This document shows, piece after piece, positions 30,801-39,234 of a stretch of 64,000 bases of DNA. Each line of letters starts with the position of its first letter. The first letter of the stretch is position 1. Below the pieces are notes generated by a model. The model saw nothing but the letters and a program-made list of their open reading frames with translations, did not search any database and was not told where the DNA came from. The DNA comes from a bacterium. GTDB taxonomy: Bacteria; Zhuqueibacterota; QNDG01; JAGLOF01. The DNA lies in assembly GCA_023139105.1 (NCBI GenBank), contig JAGLOF010000091.1, positions 10,391 to 74,390 of the forward strand, in the 5' to 3' direction. The translations under genes were made by a program, and so were the position numbers.

Positions 30801-33800
30801 GGGGTCGTATTTGACCAGCCTGTGCCGTTTTATGTGGAGAATTTTCTTGATTTTCCCGTGGGGTGCCGGGTGCCTGTGGGCTATTATGATAAAGAGAAGA
30901 AACAGTGGATCGCATTACCTGATGGATGGAATCTTGAAATCGTCAGTGTGAGTAACGGGGTTGCAAATATTGATGTTACCGGAGATCATCTCGCAGATAC
31001 TCCTGATACGTTGGCGATAGTCGGAATCGATTTGAATGAACGAAAATCGATTGCCGATCTGTATGATCCGGGGCAGTCTTTGTGGCGGGTGGAATTGAAT
31101 CATTTCTCCCCCATCGATTTGAACTTGCCCATTACTCGGTATGAGGAGAGAGTACCCAGTATAATTTTAGATGAGGCAAAATTGATCAGTGATGAAGACG
31201 AGTGTGAAGGGAGAGGTTCGATTATTAAGATTCAGAAACAAGTTCTTAAAGAGGTGGTGCCGGTGTCCGGTACAGGAATGGCGCTCAATTACATGAGCAA
31301 TAGAACACCGGATTACGCTTCGGCTCTCAATATCAAGCTGATTTCCGGTGAAGTTCCGCCTGAAGTGCTGAAGATCATGTTGAAGATTTCAGTGGCTGGC
31401 CGAGTCTTTGAGTATCAGTACCAGCCGCTGGCCAACCTGACACATGTGTTCATTTGGGACCGAAAAGACGCCTATGGACGCCTTATTCGGGGGGAGATGC
31501 CGGTCAACATCTCCATAGGATATGAGCAGTTCCAGCGCTATCTCACACGGAGGAATTTTGATCTGGGCACTTCGTTCGGTAATTTGGTCGTGCTAAGTTC
31601 TACTCTGGATGAGGGATCAAGCCAGATGGCATACACAATGATTGATACGACGCGTCAGCCGGTCATATCATACCGGAATTATGTGAGATATATCGGCGGT
31701 TATCAGCCTCCGGTACAGGATTTTGGCGGATGGACTCTGACTCCTCATCACTATTACAATCCCATCAGTAAAGTGGTACATTCGGGAAGTGGAGATAATA
31801 TTAATTCTTCGTTCAGTAAGAACAATTCTATCAATACGGAAATCGATCTCGATGATATTCAGTTGGTTGGCGGTTTATCTGGCTTGCCCAGAAATATCTG
31901 TCTTGGTCCCTATGGCAATTGGATCGCTCTGGTTGAATCAAGGCTGTATTTGTTATATAATAATTTCGCTACTTCGATCCATGATCAAATGGTTGGGGAT
32001 ATGTGTGCCGGGGCAGATGGGACGATCTTTGCGGTTGAGACCAGTAACCATCGAGTGATCAAGATTGACTCGGTAGGGACTGTTACGGCCATCGCCGGGA
32101 CTGGGGTGAGTGGTTATTCAGGTGATGGCGGGGCTGCGGTGAATAGTCAATTGAGCTGTCCTACAAACATTGCTGTCAACAAAGATGGAGCTATTTATAT
32201 CTCTGATTTTGGCAATCACTGTATACGCCGCATTGGTACAGAGGGCAACATTGAAACCATTGCAGGAACAGGGGAAATTGGATTTAGCGGTGATAGTGGT
32301 TATGCTCTGGATGCCAAAATTTTCGCTGGAGATCTGGCTGTGGGACCAGATGGCAGTCTGTTTATCGCCGATCCCATAACTTGTCGAATTCGAAGGATAA
32401 CTCCTGATGGCATCATTGATACCTATGCGGGCAATGGCGAGGCAGGATATGGCGCGAATGGCAGCATGGCTGCATCTGCGGAACTGTTCTTTCCGCTGTT
32501 TATTAATGTTGACGAGCGGGGCAATCTTTATATCTCAGATTTTGGAAACCATTGCATACGAAGAGTCGATGTCAATGGCGTGCTTAGCACAGTTGCCGGT
32601 TGCGATGGAGTATTCGATCCCAGACTGCTGTATGAAGAGTTGCTGGGTTTTCCCATACCGGCGGGAATGGACCTGTCGCTGACAGATATCTATTCTTATA
32701 CTGATCCGATTTCTGATATACTTCCCTTTTTGTTGTTTGAGCTTTATGAATTGGACATGAATTATTGCCCCGGCTTCAGGGGGGAGGGTATGAACCCTTT
32801 AAGAGCTCATTTATGTGCCGGAGGATTGGTCGATGCACCTGATGGTAGTCTTTACTTTGCCGATCCCCTGAATAGGCGCATCCGTCAAATCCAGTCGGCC
32901 TACCCTGTATTCAGCAATTCCGATTACAATGTTTCATCCCCTGATGGTGGTGAACTGTATGTCTTTGATCAGATGGGAACACACCTAAAGACTCTGGATG
33001 GGCTGACCGGCTCTGTAAAATATACATTCAACTATACGGACGGTCTGCTGAGTGAAATACTCGATCAGGACAGCCTGGTCACCCGGATTGAGCGCACTGA
33101 GTCCGGAGATGTGAGAATGATTTTGTCTCCCTTCGGCCATCGTACGATCTGCTCCCTCGATTCCAGTGGCTACCTGGTTTCGGTAACCAATCCCGGGATA
33201 GAGACTGTGCGTTTTGAATATACCAATGGGATGTTGATGACTGAAGAGACAGACCCCTGGGGAGGAGTCCATTGCTTCACTTACAATAATGAAGGAAAAC
33301 TGATCCGCGATGAAGACCCTGCCGGAGGATGGAAATCAATCACCAAAACCCGAACTCAATCAGGATATTCCATCGAGTATAAAACGGCCGAGGGTAGTAT
33401 CAAATCCTATGCGATTGAGGTGCAGGATGATCAAACGATTCGTATGACCAATGCCAATGCCACTGGAATAGCCACAGTGTCTCTGAAAAACCCCGATGGC
33501 TCGCAGTCGATCACTTATCCTGATGGTGTTAACATGTTCAAGTTGATGAAGCCCGATCCCCGCTACGGCATGCAGGCACCGTTGATTGATACATTGAGGA
33601 TCACCCTGCCTTCCGGGCTCCAGTCTGTCATGAGCCAGTCGCGAACCATTGACGTGATGTCCGGACTGGCCATCACCCAGATGACGGATACGTCAATTGT
33701 TAACAACAAGATCTCTGTCACCCAGTTTGACGGGAACCAGCATTTCTGGCGCACAATCTCTCCTGAAGGCAGACAGGCCTACGCATTCATCGATGAAAAG

Positions 33801-36068
33801 GGCCGCACTGTTCTGGACTCCATCCCCGGCCTGCACGGTGTACATTACACTTACAACAATGAAGGTTTCTTAACTGCCACCAGGCAGGCTGACAGGATCA
33901 CATCGTTCGCCTATGACACCCTGGGCCAGCTGGAAGCTGTAACCGATCCCATAGGCCGCACCAGCCATATGGCCTACGATTCTGTTGGTAGATTAACTCA
34001 ACAAACGCTGCCTGACGGCAGACAGATTGCCTACACCTACGACGCCAACGGTAATTTAACTTCACTCACACCCCCGGGAAGACCGGCTCATCTCTTCTCG
34101 CACACAGCCGTTAATCAAACAAGTCTCTATCAACCGCCTGAACTGCCAGATAGTCTCGGAACGACCTTCTACGAGTATAACCTTGACCGTCAGATCACCC
34201 GTACTATTCTGCCGGGTGGCGATACAATCCTTGTTAATTATGGGTATGAAGGTTGTGGCTGCGGGAGTATCGGGTCTCTGGCCCGCATCGGCTTTGACCG
34301 GGGATTTCAGTACTTTAAGTATGATTCAACCACCGGTCACTTACGCCATATTATTTCGCCAGAGCAGGATACACTGACCTATGCCTATGACGGCCGCCTG
34401 CCCTTATCTGTTAGCTGGACAGGCAGGATTAACGGTAGTGTCGGAGTGGATTATAATAACGATTTCAAAGTGACAGCTCAACGGGTGAATAATGGATACC
34501 AAGTCGGATTCGTCTATGATGCTGACGGGCTGCTAACTGCTGCAGGTGATCTGACTCTGGCCTATGACCCGGTTAATGGTATGCCTTTGGGAACACAGCT
34601 TGGCAACGTGACTACTGAAAATACGTTTACTGGGTATGGTGAATTAGCTCGTTTTGAGTCGAAATATAATCTTGACAATTTATTAACATTTGATTATTCA
34701 CTTGACTCTTTGGGCAGGATTAATCATATTAATGAAGTAACATTAAATGATACCAATGCTTACGTCTACGGTTATGATTTAACAGGCAGATTGGTCAACG
34801 TTTCAAGAAACGACACAGTTGTTTCTGCATACACCTACGATGACAACGGCAACCGGCTTTCTCACACCACACCTGATGGTACGGTTTACGGTGTTTACGA
34901 CGACCAGGATCGGCTTCTTTCTTATGGTGATGCTTCTTACGGCTACACTCCCAACGGTTCTTTGACTTACAAGGCCACTGGCACGGATACCACTTGGTAT
35001 CACTATGACTTGCTGGGTAACCTGATCTCTGTTGCCCTGCCAAATAGTGATTTTATTGAGTACATGATCGACGGGCAGAACCGGCGGATTGGGAAGCTGG
35101 TTAATGGGGTATTTAAGAAAGGGTGGTTGTATCAAAATCAACTTAGTCCTGTTGCTGAGTTGGATAGTCTTGGGAACATCGCTACACGTTTCGTTTATGG
35201 AACAAGAAGTAACGTGCCCAATTATATGTTAAAAGATGATCAGGTTTACAGAATAATATCTGATCATTTGGGCTCTGTCCGTCTGGTTGTTAACACAGGT
35301 ACCGGAGCAATTTTCCAGCAAATCGATTATGATGAGTTTGGAAATGTTCTCTGTAATGCCAATGAAGGTTTTCAACCCTTTGGTTATGCCGGTGGATTAA
35401 ATGATGAGCATACTCAGCTCGTTCGGTTTGGGGCAAGGGATTATGATGCCGGTGTTGGGCGGTGGATGAGTAAAGAACCTGCCAAGTTTGCTGGAGGATT
35501 AAACTTTTATTCTTATGTTAGTAACGATCCGATTAATTATAACGATCCAACAGGTCTTTATGCACTCAGAGTTGACTATGAGAACAAAAGGTTGTTCGCT
35601 GTTATCACAAATAGGGGCGAAACGCTCTGGAATCTTGCAAAAAATGTGAGTGGTAATGGTTCAAGGTGGTCTGAATTAGGAGTTTGCGAAAGTAATGCAA
35701 AAACCATACAAATTGGGGATGAATTTAATGTGACGGGACTGTTTCCTAGTAATGTCATAGCTAACATATTTTCTCAACATTCAAACGAATCAATAACTGC
35801 AGGATCTCAAGCAAATCCTACTCAAGGTTTAGCAAAAGCATATGAATATTTGGGGTATGCAGAAGTTGGATTACTGGGAGCCGGTTTTATAGGTGCAGGC
35901 AAACTTGCATTACTAGGAGGGACTGTAGATGGTTTGGTTATAGTCGGTGGTGGAGCAGCTGGATTGATCGGTGGAGGTGTATTTGTTGTTGTTGGTGTTG
36001 GCTTGGTCCTTATAAGTGCTGATTTACTTGAGGGTGGAGGGCTTAATCTATTTGGTTTAATTGAATAG
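27867..36068 (+). CDS. giant secreted teneurin-like RHS/YD-repeat polymorphic toxin (CBM-like x3, TTR-like, NHL, YD shell, RHS core, LysM-like + glycine-zipper C-terminal domain)
   Basis: RBS GAGAGGTGA and signal peptide ...VPVILSAQQ. Domains in order: 3 x GFE.G..W CBM4_9-like plus PNGGE.W Ig-like modules; a CarboxypepD_reg/TTR-like block (VVRGKVVTVTGDPLHGA); NHL repeats (GDGGAA..S.L..P..IAV...G.IYISD..NH.IRRI) at about 32.0-32.9 kb; many YD repeats (Y.YD..G.L) at about 33.0-35.1 kb; and an RHS core ending [14 protein letters not shown]...DPINYNDPTGL at 35544-35558. Confidence 0.95.
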   Translation: MKCGWFYRLKYLIAVCFLLVPVILSAQQIFSNGFESGTFSPEWTEGSAGVKTIINTDSYTGQYCVSMENYSGTNCIYTSTALSVTAGNTYTIKVWYKCAADRQARVNFYDNLNYRSHSSAFFSGTGTWTQLEHSFVAETDCQQVKIFLYGHYGSGTTAVLYDEIEIYENDNSTPSLTVTDPNGGEAWTAGTIQTISWVNENFTDTVALEYTIDGGQYWNTIVSGSTNDGTQHWLVPDSASSNCLVRIYDSADQSPADTSDAVFSIAAQPVLVEIFADGFESGAFGPVWTAGSGGVKSVISTDFHAGQYCASMDAHTATSYIHCSTPLTVTPGKTYIIRGWYKCSADRQARVNLYDNLNYRSHNSLMLDGTGDWEPLEHSFIAENDCQQVEVFLYGHNGTGSTPIFYDDIQVLEDASTMPTLTVAMPNGGEEWTVNTSMNIAWSSVNFTDNVTLEYSIGGGSYWNTIVSNTTNDDNHDWTVPDSVTTNCLVRIYDTADQSPCDTSNGSFSIVAQSDSIQIFSNGFETGTFSPIWTEGSNGTKLVINTDYHTGQYCVSIDQYSGTNCVYTSTQLDVTAGRTYTVKAWYKCDTGRDARVNFYDNLNYRSHSSAYFNGTGAWTQLEHSFVAESDCQQVEFFLYGHYGTGTTPVLYDDVEIYEVWEETDTTALVLYAYEPFDSLSTIDEFVRILGQVNKPDVPVTVNGTAMTVDSTGRFQAQLSLSLGSNTFVFNANNGEATISRVVYREAADLPPDPEDVAPPVDNTVTTTVTNSTRFLYTGINPIQTGVDTSQMDPVRAAVVRGKVVTVTGDPLHGAIMTIKDYPEFGQTKSREDGWFDMAVNGGDDLTVHYSRQGYLDVQRRFHVDWQDWAVMDSVAMIQLDTRVTVVDFSDTIQVARGNVVTDDDGARQATMIFKQGTQAEMVMPDGSRQALDELHIRATEYTVGDIGVAAMPAMLPPESGYTYCVELTCDEALKAGATGVVFDQPVPFYVENFLDFPVGCRVPVGYYDKEKKQWIALPDGWNLEIVSVSNGVANIDVTGDHLADTPDTLAIVGIDLNERKSIADLYDPGQSLWRVELNHFSPIDLNLPITRYEERVPSIILDEAKLISDEDECEGRGSIIKIQKQVLKEVVPVSGTGMALNYMSNRTPDYASALNIKLISGEVPPEVLKIMLKISVAGRVFEYQYQPLANLTHVFIWDRKDAYGRLIRGEMPVNISIGYEQFQRYLTRRNFDLGTSFGNLVVLSSTLDEGSSQMAYTMIDTTRQPVISYRNYVRYIGGYQPPVQDFGGWTLTPHHYYNPISKVVHSGSGDNINSSFSKNNSINTEIDLDDIQLVGGLSGLPRNICLGPYGNWIALVESRLYLLYNNFATSIHDQMVGDMCAGADGTIFAVETSNHRVIKIDSVGTVTAIAGTGVSGYSGDGGAAVNSQLSCPTNIAVNKDGAIYISDFGNHCIRRIGTEGNIETIAGTGEIGFSGDSGYALDAKIFAGDLAVGPDGSLFIADPITCRIRRITPDGIIDTYAGNGEAGYGANGSMAASAELFFPLFINVDERGNLYISDFGNHCIRRVDVNGVLSTVAGCDGVFDPRLLYEELLGFPIPAGMDLSLTDIYSYTDPISDILPFLLFELYELDMNYCPGFRGEGMNPLRAHLCAGGLVDAPDGSLYFADPLNRRIRQIQSAYPVFSNSDYNVSSPDGGELYVFDQMGTHLKTLDGLTGSVKYTFNYTDGLLSEILDQDSLVTRIERTESGDVRMILSPFGHRTICSLDSSGYLVSVTNPGIETVRFEYTNGMLMTEETDPWGGVHCFTYNNEGKLIRDEDPAGGWKSITKTRTQSGYSIEYKTAEGSIKSYAIEVQDDQTIRMTNANATGIATVSLKNPDGSQSITYPDGVNMFKLMKPDPRYGMQAPLIDTLRITLPSGLQSVMSQSRTIDVMSGLAITQMTDTSIVNNKISVTQFDGNQHFWRTISPEGRQAYAFIDEKGRTVLDSIPGLHGVHYTYNNEGFLTATRQADRITSFAYDTLGQLEAVTDPIGRTSHMAYDSVGRLTQQTLPDGRQIAYTYDANGNLTSLTPPGRPAHLFSHTAVNQTSLYQPPELPDSLGTTFYEYNLDRQITRTILPGGDTILVNYGYEGCGCGSIGSLARIGFDRGFQYFKYDSTTGHLRHIISPEQDTLTYAYDGRLPLSVSWTGRINGSVGVDYNNDFKVTAQRVNNGYQVGFVYDADGLLTAAGDLTLAYDPVNGMPLGTQLGNVTTENTFTGYGELARFESKYNLDNLLTFDYSLDSLGRINHINEVTLNDTNAYVYGYDLTGRLVNVSRNDTVVSAYTYDDNGNRLSHTTPDGTVYGVYDDQDRLLSYGDASYGYTPNGSLTYKATGTDTTWYHYDLLGNLISVALPNSDFIEYMIDGQNRRIGKLVNGVFKKGWLYQNQLSPVAELDSLGNIATRFVYGTRSNVPNYMLKDDQVYRIISDHLGSVRLVVNTGTGAIFQQIDYDEFGNVLCNANEGFQPFGYAGGLNDEHTQLVRFGARDYDAGVGRWMSKEPAKFAGGLNFYSYVSNDPINYNDPTGLYALRVDYENKRLFAVITNRGETLWNLAKNVSGNGSRWSELGVCESNAKTIQIGDEFNVTGLFPSNVIANIFSQHSNESITAGSQANPTQGLAKAYEYLGYAEVGLLGAGFIGAGKLALLGGTVDGLVIVGGGAAGLIGGGVFVVVGVGLVLISADLLEGGGLNLFGLIE
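27951..29850 (+). repeat. in-frame tandem repeat, period exactly 735 bp (2.6 copies) inside the RHS gene
   Basis: Unit starts are IFSNGFESG at 27951, IFADGFESG at 28686 and IFSNGFETG at 29421. Each unit is a CBM-like plus Ig-like module. The third copy holds only the CBM-like half. Confidence 0.85.
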
Positions 36069-36093
36069 TTTATATTGATTTATGGAGAAATAA

Positions 36094-36456
36094 ATGATTT
36101 ATTTTGGCTTTGGATTACTAATAATCACGCAAGTTGTTGGAGTAATTTTGATTAAATCCAGCAAAATTAAACTAACTAAAACTATATCTACTCATAATAA
36201 AAGGAAGGCTCTTCAATTGAATGCTTTTTCAAAAAAGTATATTAGGCTTCTAGGTGCCTTGTTGTTGCTGTTACCATTTGTTTTGGCGATTACTCTTGCA
36301 CAAGTTGTTGATAAAAATACAAAGCATATGTTAATCATCTTTTTCTTTTTTATTGTTTTCATTTTAGTGGATTTTATTGTATACTATTTAATTATTGAAG
36401 GATTAACTAGAGAAAAGATTGATAATGATGAGCTAAATAGGTCATGCAATTTGTAA
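36094..36456 (+). CDS. putative cognate immunity protein (3-TM membrane protein)
   Basis: Starts 25 nt after the RHS stop, preceded by GGAG. It has three hydrophobic helices (FGFGLLIITQVVGVILI, LLGALLLLLPFVLAITLAQVV, MLIIFFFFIVFILVDFIVYYLII). The position is the canonical immunity slot. Confidence 0.6.
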   Translation: MIYFGFGLLIITQVVGVILIKSSKIKLTKTISTHNKRKALQLNAFSKKYIRLLGALLLLLPFVLAITLAQVVDKNTKHMLIIFFFFIVFILVDFIVYYLIIEGLTREKIDNDELNRSCNL

Positions 36457-36503
36457 GCTGTACAGAGTGTGCAGACAAGCCTATAGCTTCCTAAGGATTC
36501 TGC

Positions 36504-36709
36504 ACATCTTGGCTTCTAATGGTCAAACACCGGGTATGCCCTCATGCTGCCCGGTGTTCTTTAAAAAATAATCCATTGCCTCTTGTCATATATGGCAATT
36601 GACCTAAAACTAATTAATAATAAAATAAACAGCATATCTAAGATGTCGGCTACACTCCCAACGGTACTCAGGTTTCTTATTTGACGGCCCAAACCGGCGC
36701 ATCGGCACG
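36504..36709 (+). repeat. type-1 cassette junction, copy A (copy B at 38136-38340)
   Basis: About 200 bp are conserved between 36504-36709 and 38136-38340. The block includes the hairpin AACACCGGG-N15-CCCGGTGTT (36526-36558 / 38157-38189) and an RHS stub (GYTPNGTQV.Y). Confidence 0.8.
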
Positions 36710-37498
36710 TTGGTAAATGGTGTATTCAAAAAAGGCTGGCTCTACCAGGATCAGCTCAACCCCGTGGCAGAACTGGACAGCCTGGGTAATATCTCAGCAC
36801 GGTTTGTATACGGTTCAAAAGGGCATGTGCCTGATTACATGATCAAGAATGGTGTAACCTATCGTTATATCACAGACCATCTCGGTTCAGTACGGTTGGT
36901 CGTCAACTCTGTTTCTGGTCTTGTTGTTCAGCAAATTGCCTATGATGAGTTCGGTTATGTGCTGGTTAATACCAATGCTGAGTTTCAACCATTTGGTTAT
37001 GCTGGTGGATTGTTGGATGCGCATACTAAACTGGTTCGGTTTGGTGCCAGGGATTATGATGCTGGCGTTGGCAGGTGGACGGCTAAGGATCCGATTGGAT
37101 TTGAAGGTGGGGATGTAAATCTGTTTTCCTACTGTATCGTTGATCCGTTAAACAATATTGATTCGAATGGGATGTTGTTTTGGGGTTTGATAAATGCAGG
37201 TGAACAATGGGGGCAGGAGGCAGCTGAGTATTATGCGAGAGTAGTTGCCGATCCTTGTGCTTCTGATGCAGCAAAGGCTGGAGCCTGGGTAGGTGGTTTG
37301 TTTGCTTCTTTGTGGACACCAAGTACAAGTGATATTACGCTAACCGTTTTGACTACTGCTTATGCGTGGAGAGTCATTGGCCCATATTCAACGAGAGGTT
37401 TGCCACGATGGTTGCAGCGTATTCGAAAATATATTCGATTTGATCGACCACATCATGATAAACCAGGGTATCATTGGGATGGGAATTGGTTTAAATAA
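36710..37498 (+). CDS. orphan RHS C-terminal fragment 1 (core tail + unknown toxin domain)
   Basis: The first 155 aa are homologous to main-gene residues around [13 protein letters not shown]...[14 protein letters not shown]...DPLNNIDSNGM. A unique 107-aa tail (37175-37495) follows. There is no ATG start, and the upstream stub is frameshifted by a 4-nt deletion relative to copy B. Confidence 0.75.
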   Translation: MVNGVFKKGWLYQDQLNPVAELDSLGNISARFVYGSKGHVPDYMIKNGVTYRYITDHLGSVRLVVNSVSGLVVQQIAYDEFGYVLVNTNAEFQPFGYAGGLLDAHTKLVRFGARDYDAGVGRWTAKDPIGFEGGDVNLFSYCIVDPLNNIDSNGMLFWGLINAGEQWGQEAAEYYARVVADPCASDAAKAGAWVGGLFASLWTPSTSDITLTVLTTAYAWRVIGPYSTRGLPRWLQRIRKYIRFDRPHHDKPGYHWDGNWFK

Positions 37499-37514
37499 AT
37501 ACAGGAGAAGGTAA

Positions 37515-38084
37515 ATGGATAAAATACAAAGCACGATTACTAATTTGGTGACAAAAGTATATCAAACGTCTAGCTACCCTACAGCTGAAATGATTATAAC
37601 TGATGAAGTGATGATTCGTAATATCGTAAGTGGTATTAATGAAAAGAGCCGATATATTGCTGAATATAAAAAATGTTCGGATTGTTTCTATTGTTACCAG
37701 ATTGCTATATCTGTTGATTTACCAATAATTCCGAATGCCCATGAGAAAGAGAGGATGAGGGACTGGATAAAGAAATACGGTCAAAATTATTGGCAGATGT
37801 ACATAGCCATCAGTAAGCTTGGGAAGCTTGCTTTTTACTACTGGACAAAATATGGTTTAACACTATTCAAATTTAAAACTGTAAAACATAATTATTATCC
37901 GCCTAACAATGATTATAAAAAAGTACAGTCGCTAATTGATTCTATTTTAAGTAATTTTGATATCGAAGTCCTTGAAGCAAAATTAGTGACAGAAGAATAT
38001 AAAGTTAAATATGATGGTAAAATTATAGGATATGATCCAAAACCCAATTTAGTAAAATTGTTGTTTACTGAAGAACTTCATTGA
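37515..38084 (+). CDS. putative immunity protein for orphan toxin 1 (cytoplasmic)
   Basis: ATG 16 nt after the toxin stop, with AGGAGAAGG as RBS. 189 aa, no signal peptide or TM. No recognised family. Confidence 0.55.
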   Translation: MDKIQSTITNLVTKVYQTSSYPTAEMIITDEVMIRNIVSGINEKSRYIAEYKKCSDCFYCYQIAISVDLPIIPNAHEKERMRDWIKKYGQNYWQMYIAISKLGKLAFYYWTKYGLTLFKFKTVKHNYYPPNNDYKKVQSLIDSILSNFDIEVLEAKLVTEEYKVKYDGKIIGYDPKPNLVKLLFTEELH

Positions 38085-38469
38085 TGTTTTTAGCCAGGGT
38101 GCGTTGATAAAGCCACCGCTTTATAAAGGCTCCGGACATCTTGTTTTCAATGATCAAACACCGGGTATGTCCTCATGCTGCCCGGTGTTCTTTAAAAACA
38201 ATCCATTGCCTCTGTCTTATATGGCAATTGATTTAAAACCAATTAACACAATCGACTAATGAAATAAATAGCATATTTAAGATGCAGGCTACACCCCCAA
38301 CGGCACTCAGGTTACTTATTTAATTGATGCTCAGAACCGGCGCATCGGCAAACTAGTAAATGGTGTATTCAAAAAAGGCTGGCTCTATCAGGATCAGCTC
38401 AACCCAGTTGCCGAACTTGACAGTCTGGGCAACATCACCGCTCGTTTTGTATACGGATCTAAAGGCCAT

Positions 38470-39231
38470 GTGCCCGATTACATGATCAAGGATGGTGTGC
38501 GGTATCGTTTTGTCACAGACCATTTGGGTTCGGTGCGGCTGGTGCTCAACGCCACCACCGGTGCCGTTGCGCAACGTTTGGATTATGATGCTTTTGGCCA
38601 AGTACTGCTCAATAGCAATCCTGACTTTCAGCCGTTTGGGTATGCGGGTTGCCTCAGCGATACTCACACGGGGTTGATGCGCTTTGGTGCCAGGGATTAT
38701 GATGCTGGTGTTGGGCGGTGGACGGCTAAAGAGCCGCTAGGATTTAATGGCAGTAATAATTTCTACTCTTACTGTCATAATGATCCATTGAATCTGGTTG
38801 ATCCAGGTGGTGACCTTGCGTTTATCCCCATATTGCTGGGTGCCTGGGCTATTGCTGAATTTGGTTTGTCTGTGTGGGATATATTTGATGCTGGTAGGAC
38901 TTTACTTGATCCTTGTGCTAGTTGGGGTGATAAAGGTATCACAACATTGGGGGCTTTTGCAGGTTTAATATTACCTGGTGGTGGCTGGGATGATTTGGCA
39001 AAAGGGGGAGTGAAATTAACAAGGACAATGCTATCTAAGTCACATGTAATTGCGAAAGGAAGTAAAATAAGACAAGTAAATTCCCTTGTTAGTAAGTACG
39101 GTGGTAAGTCTAGTAAGTGGGTGAAAAAAAGTAGTGAAGCAATGTTTGTTAATGGTCGGATGATAGAAGTTCATTGGTATGAACACCCAGGTATTGGAAG
39201 AGTAATGGAAAAATTGAAACCTTTGGAGTGA
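38470..39231 (+). CDS. orphan RHS C-terminal fragment 2 (core tail + unknown toxin domain)
   Basis: The frame is open and RHS-homologous from 38281 ([37 protein letters not shown]...) with no ATG. The first possible start is GTG 38470. The core ends DPLNLVDPGGD, followed by a unique 138-aa tail (38815-39228). Confidence 0.75.
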   Translation: MPDYMIKDGVRYRFVTDHLGSVRLVLNATTGAVAQRLDYDAFGQVLLNSNPDFQPFGYAGCLSDTHTGLMRFGARDYDAGVGRWTAKEPLGFNGSNNFYSYCHNDPLNLVDPGGDLAFIPILLGAWAIAEFGLSVWDIFDAGRTLLDPCASWGDKGITTLGAFAGLILPGGGWDDLAKGGVKLTRTMLSKSHVIAKGSKIRQVNSLVSKYGGKSSKWVKKSSEAMFVNGRMIEVHWYEHPGIGRVMEKLKPLE

Positions 39232-39234
39232 ACG

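Noticed and set aside
28200-35767. Numerous 60-134-aa ORFs on the minus strand and in alternative plus frames inside the RHS gene
   Set aside because: They are shadow ORFs inside a continuous 8.2-kb reading frame with clear domain homology. They have no start or RBS context and show biased, repeat-derived composition.
36526-36558. The junction hairpin AACACCGGG...CCCGGTGTT as an integron attC site
   Set aside because: The flanks do not fit the RYYYAAC / GTTRRRY core sites (the 3' side reads GTTCTTT). No extrahelical-base pattern is evident and no intI integrase is present. The cassette structure is explained by RHS homologous recombination.
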